64,000 nt of DNA from Dipteris shenzhenensis (taxonomy: Eukaryota): the NCBI GenBank assembly GCA_047967505.1, contig CM106538.1; one strand, 5' to 3'. The stretch's first letter is position 1. Each line of letters opens with the position of its first letter. Shown piece by piece: positions 1-14,000 of this stretch. Below the pieces are notes generated by a model. The model saw only the letters and a list, made by a program, of their open reading frames with translations, had not been told where the DNA came from and did not search any database. The translations under genes and the position numbers were made by a program.

Positions 1-365
1 GAGCTATCCTAGCATGACATCTTGCACATTCTGCTTGATCAGGTGATTCTGCTTGATCAGGTGATAGGCATACTTGTCTTTCTTATCCCATTTTGCCTGA
101 GCTCGGGCAATGGCAGGATCTACTACTAGTGTAAAAACTATTTGTGTAGCTGTAGATCCCGATGTAGATCCCGTTGCTGGTATTGTGACAACAGATGGAG
201 TAGAGCTACTAGTGGTTGGATTGTCCAATGGTCTAGGTGTAGACCCATTGACATACTCCCATTTGTCCTGAAGTACAAGAATGGTCTCCATTCGGTATTT
301 CCATGTACCATAATTGGAGTTTCTAACTTAGCAAATGCCTCCAGATTGAGGTTGCTAGTTGACAT
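1..365 (-). pseudogene. Ty1/copia gag N-terminus, frameshifted, running off the window start
   Basis: Overlapping minus ORFs MSTSNLNLEAFAKLE... and METILVLQDKWEYVNGSTPRP...W-KKDKYAY-LI resemble the copia gag start; lies downstream of a PBS and LTR on the minus strand. Confidence 0.7.
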
Positions 366-1139
366 GGTGCAAGAAATGTACTCAAAAGTGTCGTGAAAAT
401 CTCTGTATGAATCAACTGTAAATACATTGACTATGCCAAGTGAAATCTTTGAACCGTCGGTGAAGATAGAACTGCAATATATAAAATCTGATCTGTATTA
501 CAAGGCTTGTGGCAATGATGCCGAGAATAGCCAAGAGGCTTTACAAGGTTGAAATGATGTGCAAGATGCCGTGAGAGAGCCAAATAGGCTTTATAATGAT
601 GGCATGTGTGTGTGAAATCAAATGCTATCTGCCCAACTGAAACAATCTACAATGCCTCTATACTCTCTGAAGTCTACTCACTGAACTGACGAATGTAAGG
701 TTTCAGGTAATGTAATGATATGAAATCGTATGTGAGCATATGGACTGACTTCGAGAAGGTACTAGTCGGGAATTTCAGGCATGGCTTAGATTGGCAACTT
801 GGGAAAATTCAAAGTGTCCCCTCTATGGCAATCTAGTCTACTCTGATCTAGATCTAATCCAATTGTCGATCGATAAAAGAACAGCAAATAATTCCTTTTC
901 TTTTGTTCTTTTCAAGTGCTATGTCAGATGCGTCGATGTAGAGGCAAATGTGCGTGAAGGAAGTGGTTTTACCGACGAGGCTCAAATTTGAGTGTAACTT
1001 GCACCGAAATATGTGTATGATGTGATGAGCATGTAGAGCATGAAAAACGAGTGACTTTCCTTTTTGGAGCACCCTCAAATTTTTTCTGGATCAAGAGATA
1101 CGACTTGATCTAGGTGGAGGGGCAAAAGGAGTGCAAATG

Positions 1140-1680
1140 GTACTCAATGATGATGTGTCACTATGGGTCACATGCAATGATGATGTGGCACTATGCCTAG
1201 CAAGAGGTGTGCCAGTGAAGCTCTGTGCTGAGGTGGCAGGAGTGGTCACATGAAGTGACTGTGGAGCACTATGTGTGTCTACAGAGGTCAGTGCTAACTG
1301 GACAGCTGAGGTGGCACAGAGGATGATGTCAGTAGATGACATGGCAATGTTGACATGGCAGTGATGATGTGGTAGTAATGACATGGTACTGATGATGTGG
1401 CAAGTGACATGTCCAAATGATGTGGCATAGGTGACGTGTGGCACTGATGAGCTGATAGGGTGATGTGGCTATGATGACATGTCAGTCGATGATGACATGG
1501 CAGATAAGATGATGTGGTTGATGAGCTGATGTGGCAATCTTGCCATGTGTCAAGAATTGAGAGGCTTATCTACCACGTGGCAGATAAGATGACTTGGCAT
1601 ATGACCAACTGATGCTGACATGGCAAACCAATGAGGCTATTGATGTGGCATATAAATGGGATGTGCCACATGTCATGATT
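1140..1680. repeat. Array of short degenerate GA(T/C)(G/A)TGGCA motifs in the copia 5' untranslated region
   Basis: Many gatgtggca / gacatggca / gatgatgtgg units visible directly. Confidence 0.6.
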
Positions 1681-2371
1681 TGGCTAACCAAAATCTTTTC
1701 TAGATTCTGATGGAATCAAGAAGATTCTATCGTCGGAAGGCTTGAGCAGAGAGTGAGCGTCTTGAGTCTCCAAAGAGACATTTCAATCACAATGGTGGTG
1801 GTGAGGCTGTGAAGACTGCACATCGCGAGGGCTGCTATGGAGTCGGAGGGTTGCCTGTGAAGTTGTTGTCACTGGGAAGTCGCCTTTGCTCGTGAGCTCA
1901 TGCTGCAGATGTTGCATGCGATGCTAGAGAGGCTGTATGTCGAGAAGCTACAAATCTCATTTCTCTCACTTACACTCCCTAGAATCTCTTAAAGATAGAT
2001 TTCCTCTCAAAATCTTAGGAATTCTCCCTCTCTTTCTCTCATAAAACAGATCTCGCAAGGTGCTGAATATCTCACAATCACTCAAAGAAATGAACTCACA
2101 ACCCTCACAACTAAAACCTTTCTCTCTTTCTCTTGAAGAATGAATAACACTAGATATCTCTCTGTTACAATATGAATAGCCACTCAATTGCTCAAAGAAC
2201 TCTCAAGAAAATGAATGGATGGAAATTCCTCTCAAATGGATGGAATTTTTCTTTCAATGGAATGAATGGAAACTTTTCTCTACAGAAGTGAACTCTCATA
2301 AGAACACTCGAGAAGCTCTCAATCTCTCTCATACTCTCAAGAATCACAATGCCTCAACGGAAGGCAAGGGA

Positions 2372-2383
2372 GCTCTGAGACCA
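2372..2383 (-). promoter_or_regulatory. Primer-binding site (tRNA-iMet type) of the copia element
   Basis: Minus strand TGGTCTCAGAGC, one mismatch from canonical TGGTATCAGAGC, directly abutting an LTR end (TG at 2384 on +). Confidence 0.75.
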
Positions 2384-2715
2384 TGACAAAATATGAAGAG
2401 AGGAGAGGAGAAAAGTGGAGATGAGGAGAGAGGGCACAACTAGAGAGCACACCACAAATGACTAACTGTACACTAGATTTAATTGAAAAAATAGAATATA
2501 TACAAACCCATTTAGGGTTAGGGGATCTAACACTTTCCTTTATAGCACTCTATAAGGTTAGTGCTATGCACATATGATCACGTGATGGTGCTATACACAC
2601 ATGATCACATGATGTTGAGTGTGAACTCTCAACAAAATGAATATGGCAACTCAAGCTACATGAACAACTTCAAGGTTGTGGAAGACTCCTCAAGGAAATG
2701 GCATATGCCTTAACA
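2384..2715 (-). mobile_element. Probable 5' LTR of the copia element
   Basis: TG at 2384 next to the PBS; the ...ttaaCA at 2715 reads TGTTAAG on minus. The right boundary is inferred and blurred by a tandem duplication. Confidence 0.5.
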
Positions 2716-2877
2716 AAATAAGGCCTTGACACACTCCACAAAAGGGATAGAACACATGTTGAACGATTGACAAGGTTGTGGAAGATGGAAGATTCCTCAA
2801 GGAAATGGCATATGCCTTAACAAAATAAGGGCTTGACACACTCTACAAAAAGGATAGAACACATGTTGAATGATTGA
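2671..2877. repeat. ~100-bp tandem duplication
   Basis: caaggttgtggaaga...cctcaaggaaatggcatatgccttaacaaaataagg...acacatgttgaa.gattga occurs at 2671 and 2771. Confidence 0.9.
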
Positions 2878-5800
2878 GGGGATAGAGAGAGAGAGACACA
2901 CACACACACACATAGAAGGGGGGGGGTTGTGGAGGGGTGCACAAGGATGACTAACTATACACTATGTTGTATTCCAAAGAAAGTAAAATTATATATGTTC
3001 AGCCCAAGGTGCAATTCACACCATTTTCAATATCTTTCAACCATAGACTATTTAAAAACAAGATATGGAGGCACAAATGATGGCATGCATATGCAAACCA
3101 ACCTTCCAAAGTTATGCTTACATTGACATATTATAAAACAACCTAAGACTTGTCTTTAAATTTAGAATTATCTTTTAATATTTTCAAAGTGTTAATGAAG
3201 ATCATTCAGTTGGAAACTCAAATGGGTTCAAACCTACTTTAGTTGTTGAGATTGTAGTGCATTGGATTTTGAAATTGACCTTTGATTCTTGATTTTATAT
3301 AAATCAATTCAATTTTAACATTGAATTCTTTTCATATGCATTGATCTCCATCATGATGATGTGGCACAACATATGGTTGATCATGTGGTAGATGATAAAT
3401 AGTAGACAAATATGTATAAATGATTGTCAAGCAAGATGACTTGGTGAGGTGCCGATTTGGCCTCAAAATAATTACGTGCATCAGTGCTAACATAATATGT
3501 ATGCCATGGTTTTTCACCATGATAATATGGCATTGATGTTATTATGTCAATAATCACATGATATTCATCAAAATCTATAGCTGATATCCATGCCAAGAGA
3601 CCTTTTCTCAAACCATCAAGGTTTTTCAAGTCTCAACAACTAAGGTTAAACATGAAGTATACAAATTCCTCATTCTAAAATTTTATTAATGCTAAATTAT
3701 AAGTGTGAACAAAATACTTTAGAGTTGACTCTTAGATTGTGATTCAACATTGGTTAACAAAAATCCATGTTTTCACAAAATTATGACAAACAAAAAAGAG
3801 GAAGAGATCTACTTTTATTAAATAGAATATGCAAATTGAAATTTTTGTTTTTAAAAAATATGCAAGACAAATTCTTGTTACTAAAAAAACAAGGAAATCA
3901 AATTGACTTTTGGACTTCCAGTCTACTTTTTCCTTGGAGCATGGAGTTTAAGAGTCTCCCTCTATGTTGAGTGATTTGTCCATGTTTTCAATTTACAACT
4001 TGCATGTTAATAAAGAGTAAGGTAAAGTCAAACGAGGGTTTGAGCTATTGATCTAGGTCTCTTCTAAAGTAATTTTTAGAACTACCACAAAGTCATTACT
4101 CAAGTACTTTATGACCTAGATACTATGAAAAGGAACTTAGCATCTCTCTTTGAGATCTAATCCCCTTTCTTGTTGGCATGAATATTATGATTTTACTCCA
4201 ACCTTCATTTACATAGAATTTTGGCACATGCAACACTTTTGGTATAAGGAAACATCCGATGTGGCATTAAGGACACATGCAAAATCTAGCTTGAATTAAA
4301 AATAATTTCTACTTATTTTTTTCATCATACGAGTTTCTTTTGCATTGATCCTACAACCCATCGAAATTTCAAAGAGAAACATTTCCACTAGATCACTTTT
4401 GAGCACTTTTCAAAACCTATAAAACTCACTACTAACCCATTAGGACTTGAGGATCTCTCAAGTTCTATGCCATCTAGAGCCTCCCAAAATTTCTAATAGA
4501 ACTTACAATAGCACTCTCTAGCATGTTGATTGTCACATGTTAAATAACTTCCCTACACCAATGTTCTTATGTTGCACCACACATGGGAGATGACCCAATA
4601 ATCTAATTTAGCGTAGTTTACAAAAATTCCATGGCCATATTAATGTCTACCACTTCCTTGAATGCTTCCATTGAATGGGCTCCTAGAAAAAAGAGTAGAG
4701 ACAATCTCTCTGGGCCAACCATCCTTTCCTTTTGTTCATGTGAGTGCTCTCCATCCTCTCTAACTCTGAATTCTTCCTTAAGGTCTTCCCCCACTTCAAC
4801 TAATAGGGCTATTTATAATCCTAGTTTGATTCCTTGAAAAAGATCACTTTCTCTTTCTCCTTTTCCCTTAATCCCATTCCATTAAAACTAAGCTATATGT
4901 TTCATTAAACTCAGCTATTTTTAGGATAAATTTTCTATTAATAAAAATGCAACTTCTTGGCCTTACATGCATCCTCTCTCATCGACTAAATTGTTTTTTC
5001 AACTAAGGGGGAGATTTCCAACTAAATTGCTTTTTGCTAAAAATTTGCTAGGTCGTCTCTAGCTTGGTGGAGATGTTCAACTAAATTGTTTTTTGCTTAC
5101 TCAAATCTAGCATGCAGTGTTACTGCAAATCTCTATTTGAGTTTGCACTTCAATTTTAGGATCCATCCATTGTTAACCCCAAGCTAATTCAAGTACCCAA
5201 CTCGAGTAATCAAGTAGCTAAGCACTGCCACCAGCACAGCAAGAGTTGAGCCACCAACTAATAAGTCAGTGAGTGGTGAGGGTGAGGAGGTAGTCACCAC
5301 AGAGAAGCAAATCATCTGCAATGATGGTTAGCAATAGATTACTACCAGGGTCACCATGTAGGAAGCAAGTCATCTGCAATGGTTAGCACAACAGATTACG
5401 AGCAGACGTTGGCAGGCAGCTAAGCATGGATCCTTCAGTAGAGAACTCGAGATAGGATGGATTCAAGAAGTCTGAGTCTGAGTCTGAGTGCTTAGAACAC
5501 AAAGTTAGGCTATTGAGCCGATATTGCATAGAGAGATAAGTAGGTAGCTTTACCGAAGGTGAGTAAGAGTGAGTTGCACCAACACCTTGTTGCATGAGCA
5601 TGACTCTAATGCCGTGGTTGTTTGTAATGATCTATGAGCCCCCTTTGCATAACTAAGCAAGTTGGTTTTATTTCATATTTTTCTCCTCATATTGTCTGTT
5701 TATGTGCTTGTTCATGCATCTTCATACATTTCTATCCATGCTTGTAGAGAACTTGTTAGATGATGCTCGTTTTCCCATGATCAAACATTGGTAGACATTG

Positions 5801-7106
5801 TGTGCCAAGCAGCCCAGGGAGTGCAAGGAGTGCATCTTCAAAAGGAGAGCACCCTTGCATGTGTTGAGCACTATGCACGAGCTAACATAGGTCAATCAAG
5901 GGATGAGGGGAAAAAACGATTTGAACATTTGGCAATCTTACTGGTGATGTGCTATAAGAATGAGTAGACGAAGTCATCAAAATGAGGAGTAGCAGTCTCA
6001 TTATGCATGGGTGCATGACTATGGGGACGAATATCAACAGTACATGCTGATGAGCTATGGGCTATGGTAGTAGCTTGGAACAACATATTATTATTAACCA
6101 GTAATTTAGGTGTTAGAAAGCGACCTGCAACTCCTCAAGACCTACGCAACAACAGGCATCTGGATAAAAGATTTTGCCCAAGAAATTTCAACAGAGTACT
6201 TGAAGCTTTAGCCAATATCTGAGACACTCTCAAAACAATGCCAATAGGATGTGGCTAGGCAAGAAGAGCACCTACACTGAGGAGGGAGAAGTTGGTAGAG
6301 ACTCGGACTGATCTAAGAGTTGGAATGAATTCAAAGCTAGGGATGGATGATCGATGCTATCGAAAGGGAGAGCACAAAGAGTGAGAAGATCGAGTAAGGC
6401 TCATATGGCAAACTTCTAGCTACAAAAGTGCCATCAAGGCGATTGCATGAAGGCTCCAAGAATTCTTCCACAAAAATCCAAGATTTAGAGTACTTCAATG
6501 AACATGCCTACGAGCTAAGCTATGGCACAACCATCGACCAATTGAACAAGCATCAAGTCTAGAGGCAAGGCACACCTCAAATCAAAAGTATCGCACAACA
6601 AAACAAGCAAACCATAAACGTGTTTGATGGACAAGAAACAAGACCTACACAGGCAAGGAAGGTGGTGCATGAGCCAAGCCGTGAGCATGGTTGCCTAGGA
6701 TCATATCTCCCTTTAAGCCCCTTGTTGTCCCTGTTTTACCCAAGTTCAAGTTTCGAGGGTGTTGGTCTCCTACAGTCATGTCGTTGCTCATTGTAGCATA
6801 AGTGTTCATAAGTGTAGCATAGGTCCTCGGGTTATGTTTCAGTGATAGGTGTAGGCTACAGCATGGAAAGAAGATCTCATGTGCACATGAAGGAGAAAGA
6901 GGGTTTGATTATAGCGATTGATGGAGGCTCTCGCCTCCACAGGAGTTCAAGGGTTTAGAAGGGAATTTTAGGGTTCAAAAGGGGGATAGGGTTGAGAGAG
7001 TTAACTAGGAGTTTCAGGGTTCAGAGGGGGTTGCAAGGTTTAGGAGGAGTCCAAGGTTGAGGAGTGGAGAGCTAGTCTCCTTCAAAAATTTGAGGGGTAA
7101 GGGTTG

Positions 7107-7463
7107 AGGAGGAGGGAGGGAGGAGGAGGAGAAGGAAGGAGGGAGGAGGAGGAGGAGGGGTAAGGGTTGAAGAGGAGGGAGGGAGGAGGAGGAGGGAGAA
7201 GGGAGGAGTAGGGAGGAGGAGGAGGAGGGAAGAGAAGGAGGGAGGAAGGAGGAGGAGGAGGGAGGAGGGAGGAGGAGGAGAGGGGAGGAGGAGGGGGAGG
7301 AGGGAGGAAGGAGGAGGAAGGAGAAGGAGATGGGAGGAGGAGGACGAAGGAGGAGGAGGAGGAGGGAGGAGGAGAAGGAGGAGGAGATGCAAGAGGAGGA
7401 GGAGGAGGAGGAGAGGGGAGGAAGAGGGAGGAAGGAGGAGGAGGAGAAAGGAGGAGGAGGAGG
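7107..7463. repeat. (GGA)n-rich purine low-complexity tract
   Basis: Direct reading of the sequence. Confidence 0.95.
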
Positions 7464-7720
7464 GAGTACAAGGGTAGAGAGTGCAAGGGTAAGGGCATGC
7501 TAGAACACGATAGTGTAAGAGAGCATGGACGCAATGGAGATCAATCGCATGAACACAATAGTGAGCTTGAACACTGAACCCCAAAGAGTGGGAGCTTCAT
7601 TCCATTGAGAGATATTTATATATGTTGGTCTCTACACAATCCGTAGGTACCTCCGTGGTGGGATCTCTTTTGTATGAGACCTTTTGGACAAGAGTCCTCC
7701 ACTTTTGGGGGGGAACTTTG

Positions 7721-7848
7721 GGTCTCTACACAAAGTGGGAGGACTTTTTGGGTCTCTACACAAAGTGGGGGGACCTTTTGGGTCTCTACACAAAGTGGAG
7801 GGACTTTTTGGGTCTCCTTTTGGATCTCTACACAAAGTGGAGGGACCT
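7721..7848. repeat. ~30-bp tandem repeat (ggtctctacacaaagtgg.gggac.ttttg), about 4 copies
   Basis: Direct reading; a single unit is present in the homologous copy near 33150. Confidence 0.9.
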
Positions 7849-8083
7849 TCGAAAGTGTAGGCTTTTAGTCTTTCTCACTCTAGATTTAGTCTTTCTCTCT
7901 CTAGATCCTGATTTTGCAAGTATGATTGGATCTTTTCTAGAGAGGATTTTGGTAAGATTTATCATACCATCTTTCAAGCTCAAGATATTACAAGCGAAAC
8001 TTTGCCGCTACTCTACACACACAATGCTCTCATAGTTGTTGTCCTAGATTGTACTTCTGGCCCTTGTTGTCATAGGGTTAACA

Positions 8084-11000
8084 TTTCCCCTGGACCAATT
8101 TGATTACCCATCCTCACGTTATGGTTGGGTCTACAGATGATATTGTGATGTGGTTGTCTTTACCCAATATGGTAAAGATGGCGGTGGTGATAGATGGAGC
8201 GAGCTTCTTGTTGATCGTTTCCTTGTAATCCACAAAGATTACTTGCTTAGTTTTTAAGAAGCCAATATCCACCATTTCTTCAAACAAACACACATATCAC
8301 CCTTGAAGAGATATGGCCCTTTGAAAGAGGCAACTTGTTGTTTAAGCATCTATCGGTTGATTTGGATTAAAGCGCACACCTCCAGGATGACTGCTAAGGC
8401 TTCACTGTATCTTGCACTTTCCTTGAGTCTTTTGTCATAACTGCCTTGCATAATTGATGCATATATGTCCAAGGCTCTGATGAGTCTTTCTTGGCTTGTC
8501 CATTTGATTTTAGAGTTTCTATTGATTGCCAATTGCGAGGAATCTGCATTATCTGGATTATGATGATTGGCATCCCACTGGTAGCGACAGGGCACCGCAT
8601 CAAATGTGGGATGTGTGTGAAAGGAAGATGGAGCCTGCATGTATTCAAGGAGGTACTTTTCATTGAGCAGCTTTGTTCTACACCAAGCAGGCTATGGCTC
8701 CAATTTCATGCTAATGACTAGAGCGATTTGTGCTTGGCGGATACTCATTGAAATTGTGGAGAGTTCCCATCCTTCTCTTGACTGCATGTTTGGGTATTGC
8801 CTCCAAAAATCACCAATGGGATTACCGGGCATGGGAATCCAATCTATATCTTGTTGCAACTCCCTTATGGGTGTGTGAATTGGATTATCCAATTCTTGAA
8901 GCTCATTGATGGAATTATTCATGGTGTCTTCCATTGAAAACTCAAGGGAGATTGGAGGAACATGTGGTCTTGGGGGAGAGGAAGAGGTTATAGGGGAAAA
9001 GCTTGAGGTCAAAGCAAGTAGTGAATTTGAGAAGGTAGAAGTAGGGATGTTGGTGGAAAGTGGAGGGAGAGTATGGAAATTTGATTTAGCAACTTAATAA
9101 TCCTCACAGGATGGATTGTCAAGTGTTGGAAAAAGGTTAGGTGTAACTGGATGATAGGAGTTAGATTCTTGGATTAGGCGATAGTGTTGGGAGGCATGGG
9201 CAAAGAGGCATGGCAAGGAATATGGATTGGCATGGATTTTGGAAAGGTATGGAGGATAGTACTAGAGTTAGGTAGGGATGTGAGTAGATCAGAATAGAGA
9301 GTGGCAAGATAGGGGAGATTAGATTGAAGATAGACCACATATTCCTTTGGCAAATCCCTCTCGCTCCTGGTAGGCATTGTCAGCTTTAATTTTGGATTCT
9401 TCTGGGAGTTATATCCCATGGAAGTTGCTGGTGATTATTGCAGTAAAGGTAGGAGTCCGCCAGCTACTACCCAAAGAGGAGGGCTTCCCATCAAGCATTC
9501 ATATAATAGTTTTGTATCATCCTTTATCCATATGAGATCTGCATGTATGGAGAGACTGAACACATTCCTCTCGTCTTCATCCATATGCTAGCATAGATCT
9601 CGTAGAGCCTTTGTGCTTATTGACCTGGTCCAATCAAGACCAAACACTACATGTAACATTTTGATTTGCAAGTGTTTCTTGAGTATGTGTATTCTTCCTT
9701 CAAGGTGATCCTCTTGCTGGAGGACTGCAACAAGCTCTTGGTATAATGTAGTGATGCCTTGTGGCAAAAGATCTTGTGCTGACCCCTCCGCATCGTCATC
9801 AACTTGACCCAGTAGTTGAATTTCCAACTTGGAAATTATTGCTTTTTGGTTTTGCCACTCCATGCACTTGCCTTTATACTTACCCAATGTGGAGATATAT
9901 GCAAAGCTTTGGACTATTGAATTGTTGAGCTGCTTTTGGATGCCCTAGAAATTGATCATTAAGCACACAAAGTTGGAGTATCTCTTGCTCTTGAGCGTCC
10001 AATTCTACTTTGGTGTGCACAAGTATCTCATTTGATACCAAGCATTCCTTCTCTAGTGCTTGAATTCGGTGTTACCAGTCTTGTAACTTTGCTCTACTAA
10101 GGAGTGTAAGAGTTTTTACTAACATATAATTTTTTCTTAATCCTATATGATTGAAAATATCAGCCAAAAACTTAGCTGCCTCTTTGCATATGGGGTCCAG
10201 AATCATATCATGTCATATTCCCCTGCTTTGTGACTTTATGTTAGGTGGGAATAAATCTTGAATTTCAGAGAATCTTGCATCCAAAAGTTTCTTTAGATAT
10301 TCTTCTTATGCCTTTGGAAATGAGAAAGCCTCCTGCATAGTGGATCTACTGAGGTAGCATAGTGAGTGCTCGTGAAACGATCTAGTCCTAACTATGGAAG
10401 ACTTGGGGCCCTCAAATCTTCATTATTATCAGGGATGGTGGCTTGCATGTTGATGTAGTAGCACTTCAGTCGGCTCCCATTTATTGTTGTTGTGAATTGG
10501 ACTCCATCCAGTGTTTCTAGCAACACAGCTCCGATGGGATTCATTTTTTTGACTTTATAAGATCCTTTACCTAAAAATTTGAGCTTGCCCTTATGGACTT
10601 TGGTATTGTACAGCAAAACCAGGTCACCTTCCTTGATGTCTTTGTCTTTGAGGCTTCTATCAAACCATGCCTTCCTTTTTTGTTTTTCTACTGTCATGGC
10701 ATGGTAGGCAACTAATCTGGTCTTTGTATGCTTCTCTAATTGGTAGAGTCTTTCTTTCAGTGATGCATGATCTCCCATACATTCTTGTACTGCTACGTGT
10801 AGACTACGTATCACAAATTCCAATGGGACCACAGCTTCAAGCCCGTACATCAATTGAAAAGGTGTATTTCTTGTACTCACCTTGAGTGTGGTTCTGTATG
10901 CCCATAAGGCTACATTTAGTTTCTTTGCCCAATCAGAACGCTTTGGTTCTACTACCTTGGTGAGGACAATACATAGAATTTTGTTGGTGGATTCGGCTTG

Positions 11001-14000
11001 TCCATTCCCTTGGGGGTAGTAAGGTGTGCTCTTTCTCTAGATCACCATAAATTTAGATGAGAGTTCTTGGATGACCTCATTGACAAATTGTGTGCCTCTA
11101 TCTGACACAATTTCAATGGGACATCCAAATTGGGTGATCACATTCTCGTACAAGAACCTTGCTGTGTGTTTCTAGCATCTGCCTTTCTGATGGCTTTAGC
11201 TTCATCCCACTTAGTAAAGTAATATGTGGCCACAATGATGTAGCATGCATGTGTTCCTTTTGATTCTAGATGGATGGGACCCACAAAATCAATCCCCCAT
11301 TTTTCAAAGGGTTTTTGTGCAATGACTGTTGTTAATAAGGGATTGAAGTCTTTGTGTTGTGGTTTAGAAGTTCATTGGCATACATCACAGCTTTTGACAT
11401 ATTCATAGGCATTTGACGAAAGTGTTGGCCACCACTATTCTGCGAGAAGGACTTTTCTTATTGTTGCTTCCCCTTGAAAATGTCCACTTGCAATGCCTTC
11501 ATGTGCTTCACTGAGGATTGGCATGATCTCATGTGGCATCACACATCTCCTTAAAACCTGGTCCTTGCCCATCTTGTATAGTTGTCTTGCAATGAGTTGA
11601 GAGGGTGCAGCTTTTAAAATTAGTTCCCTAGCATCCACTACTTTCATTTTAGGAGGTGTTCTTCCTGCCATTAAGTACCCAATGATGTCTGCACACCAAT
11701 CAGGCAAGCGTCTATTTAAAATAATGTGGCATCCTGTAGGTCATCTTTTAATCCTTTCGGCTCTTCTTTTGTCCTCAATCGTGACATGTGATTGGCAATG
11801 AAATGTTGAACTCCTTTTCTTGCCATGATTTTGAAATTGAATTCTTGTAGCAGTAGAAGCCACTGAGTGATCCAGCCTATGGCACATGGCCGATTTACAA
11901 GATATAATAAGGCTTGATGATCTATGTAGAAGATAAAGTCAGTAGCCAATAGATAGCGTCGAAATTTCTTCATGCTGTAGATCACTGCCAAGGCTTCTCT
12001 TTCTGTTGTGGTGTAATTCACCTCCACATCATTTAGCTGTCTACTTGCAAAGTATACTGGGTAGTCTTTGTTGTGTTTGCCAGGTAAACATAACACTCCC
12101 TACTGCATAATTGGAACCATCAGTATGTACATGAAAGTCTATGTCCCAATTTGGTGCCAATAGAACAGGGGCTGTGATCAATCTCCACTTGAGGGTTTCG
12201 AATGCTTGTTCGCATTCGTCTGTCCAGATGAAGTTGACTAGGAGCTTGTATAGGGGCCTTGCTATCATGGCATACCTCAGTATGAATCTTCTATAGTATC
12301 TGGCATGTCCCATGAAGACTTGAATTCCCTTGGCATTTAGCGGGGGGGAAGTTCAATGATGATCTTTATTTTGTCCATGTCACTTGTTGCAATCCCATGT
12401 CAAGAGACTATGTGCCCCAAGACTACTCTGTGTGTGACCAAGAAAATTGGCAATTTAGAGGATTCAAAGATATTCCATACTCCCTGCATTTTTTAAGCAC
12501 TTCTTCAAGGCATTTTAAGTGATCCTTTTTTCCTGAGTGTACGCACAAGTCATCGAGGAAGACTTGTAGGAACTTGTTGAGAAATTCCTTGAAGGTGGTG
12601 TACATTACCCTTTGAAAAGTAGATGGGGCATTGCATAAGCCAAATGGCATGACTCTGTATGCAAGAATGCCCCATTCTGTGGCAAATGCTATCTTTGCCT
12701 GATCTTGAGGTGCAATTTGTACTTGGTTGTACCTGCTAAACCCATCCAAGAAGCTATACACTTCAAATCCTGCTACCCTTTCTAAAACTATTTCAGTCAA
12801 TAGTAGGGGACAATGATCTCTCATTGATGCTATATTGACGTTCTTGAGATTCACACATATTCTGAGCTTCTTGTTTTTCTTAGGAAAATTCACAATTGGT
12901 AACAGCCAATCAGTATGCTCGATCTCATAAAGGAAACCAGCCTCTAGTAATTTTTCTAGTTCTTCATAGACATGGGTGCCATACTTGGGATTTGTCCTAT
13001 AAGGTCCACATAGCTTTAGTTTGGATCCTTCCCTTATTGGTATGGTATGTACCGTAACTTTTGGGGAAATCCCTTTCATTTCTTTGTAGGACCAAGCCAT
13101 GCAATCTCTATATTCCATTAGCAATGCTTTCAATTCATTTTCTTCTTCTAGAGTGAGTTGTTCACCAATGTACACGGGCTTTTCTTCTTCATCGTCCAAG
13201 GCAAGATTTAGTTTCCTTGTCTTGGCTGGTCCTTCATAAACTGGGGTATCCTCAATATTCTCTGTTTCTTTAAGCTCTGATTCCCTGATTGGCCTAGTCA
13301 TTGCTATTGTTGCTTCTCCTCTAGTGTAGTTTTTGAATTAATTGGGAACTTCCCTTAGGCCTTCATGGCACTTTGAGGTGCTTGCTTGGCTATTAGCTCC
13401 ACTGGAATATATTTGCTCCAATTCACCTATGTTCCCTTGTTCTTCTTTTTTGTTACTATTCACCTTTTTGCTCTTTATTCTCACATTGGGTTTGAACTTT
13501 TTAAGATTTTTTCTTTGTGAGGCCAGTGATGGATTTTCAATAGGAGTCGCACTCCCAAGGAGTGGTTCTTCGGCCATACAAACACCTTGAAGCCCTTTAG
13601 GATCCCATTTAAAATTTGGGGACTCAGGTGCTTTTGTGGGCTTAGTCAAGTACAATTCTACCACTCGTCTGCATTCTTTTAAATTCATTTAAATGCTCTA
13701 TCTTGGCCTTGTGGCGCTATACACCCTCCTTCTTTTTCCTAGACCAATTGCTATTGGATAGTGTTGGAGGGTCAAGCTTGGGGTATTCTATGGCCATGAG
13801 TGCCTATAGGATTGCCAAGTCATTGTCAAATACTTGGCCTTCCAAGGTTGCATTATTAGCTTATGTTTCCATATCCCACTCTATGTTAGCACCGTAGCCT
13901 TCTATTATGGACTCTTCAGGGTCAATGTCCCATTCAACACTTGTCATGAAGATTGGCATTTCCACTACTTCTCATTCATCATCCTAGATTGGTGGTTCTA

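Larger units (their letters stand above)
5171..8083 (-). mobile_element. Candidate 3' LTR (~2.9 kb) of the decayed gypsy element
   Basis: Ends TGTTAACCC...GGGTTAACA form a perfect 9-bp inverted repeat. A polypurine tract (minus AGGGGAAA, 8084-8091) abuts the right end. Internal segments recur at ~32780-33353 and ~34705-34860. Confidence 0.45.

Noticed and set aside
7072-7584. Pro/Leu/Ser-rich ORFs resembling extensins (also 32692-33016)
   Set aside because: They are translations of a (GGA)n low-complexity tract in a repeated LTR-like segment.
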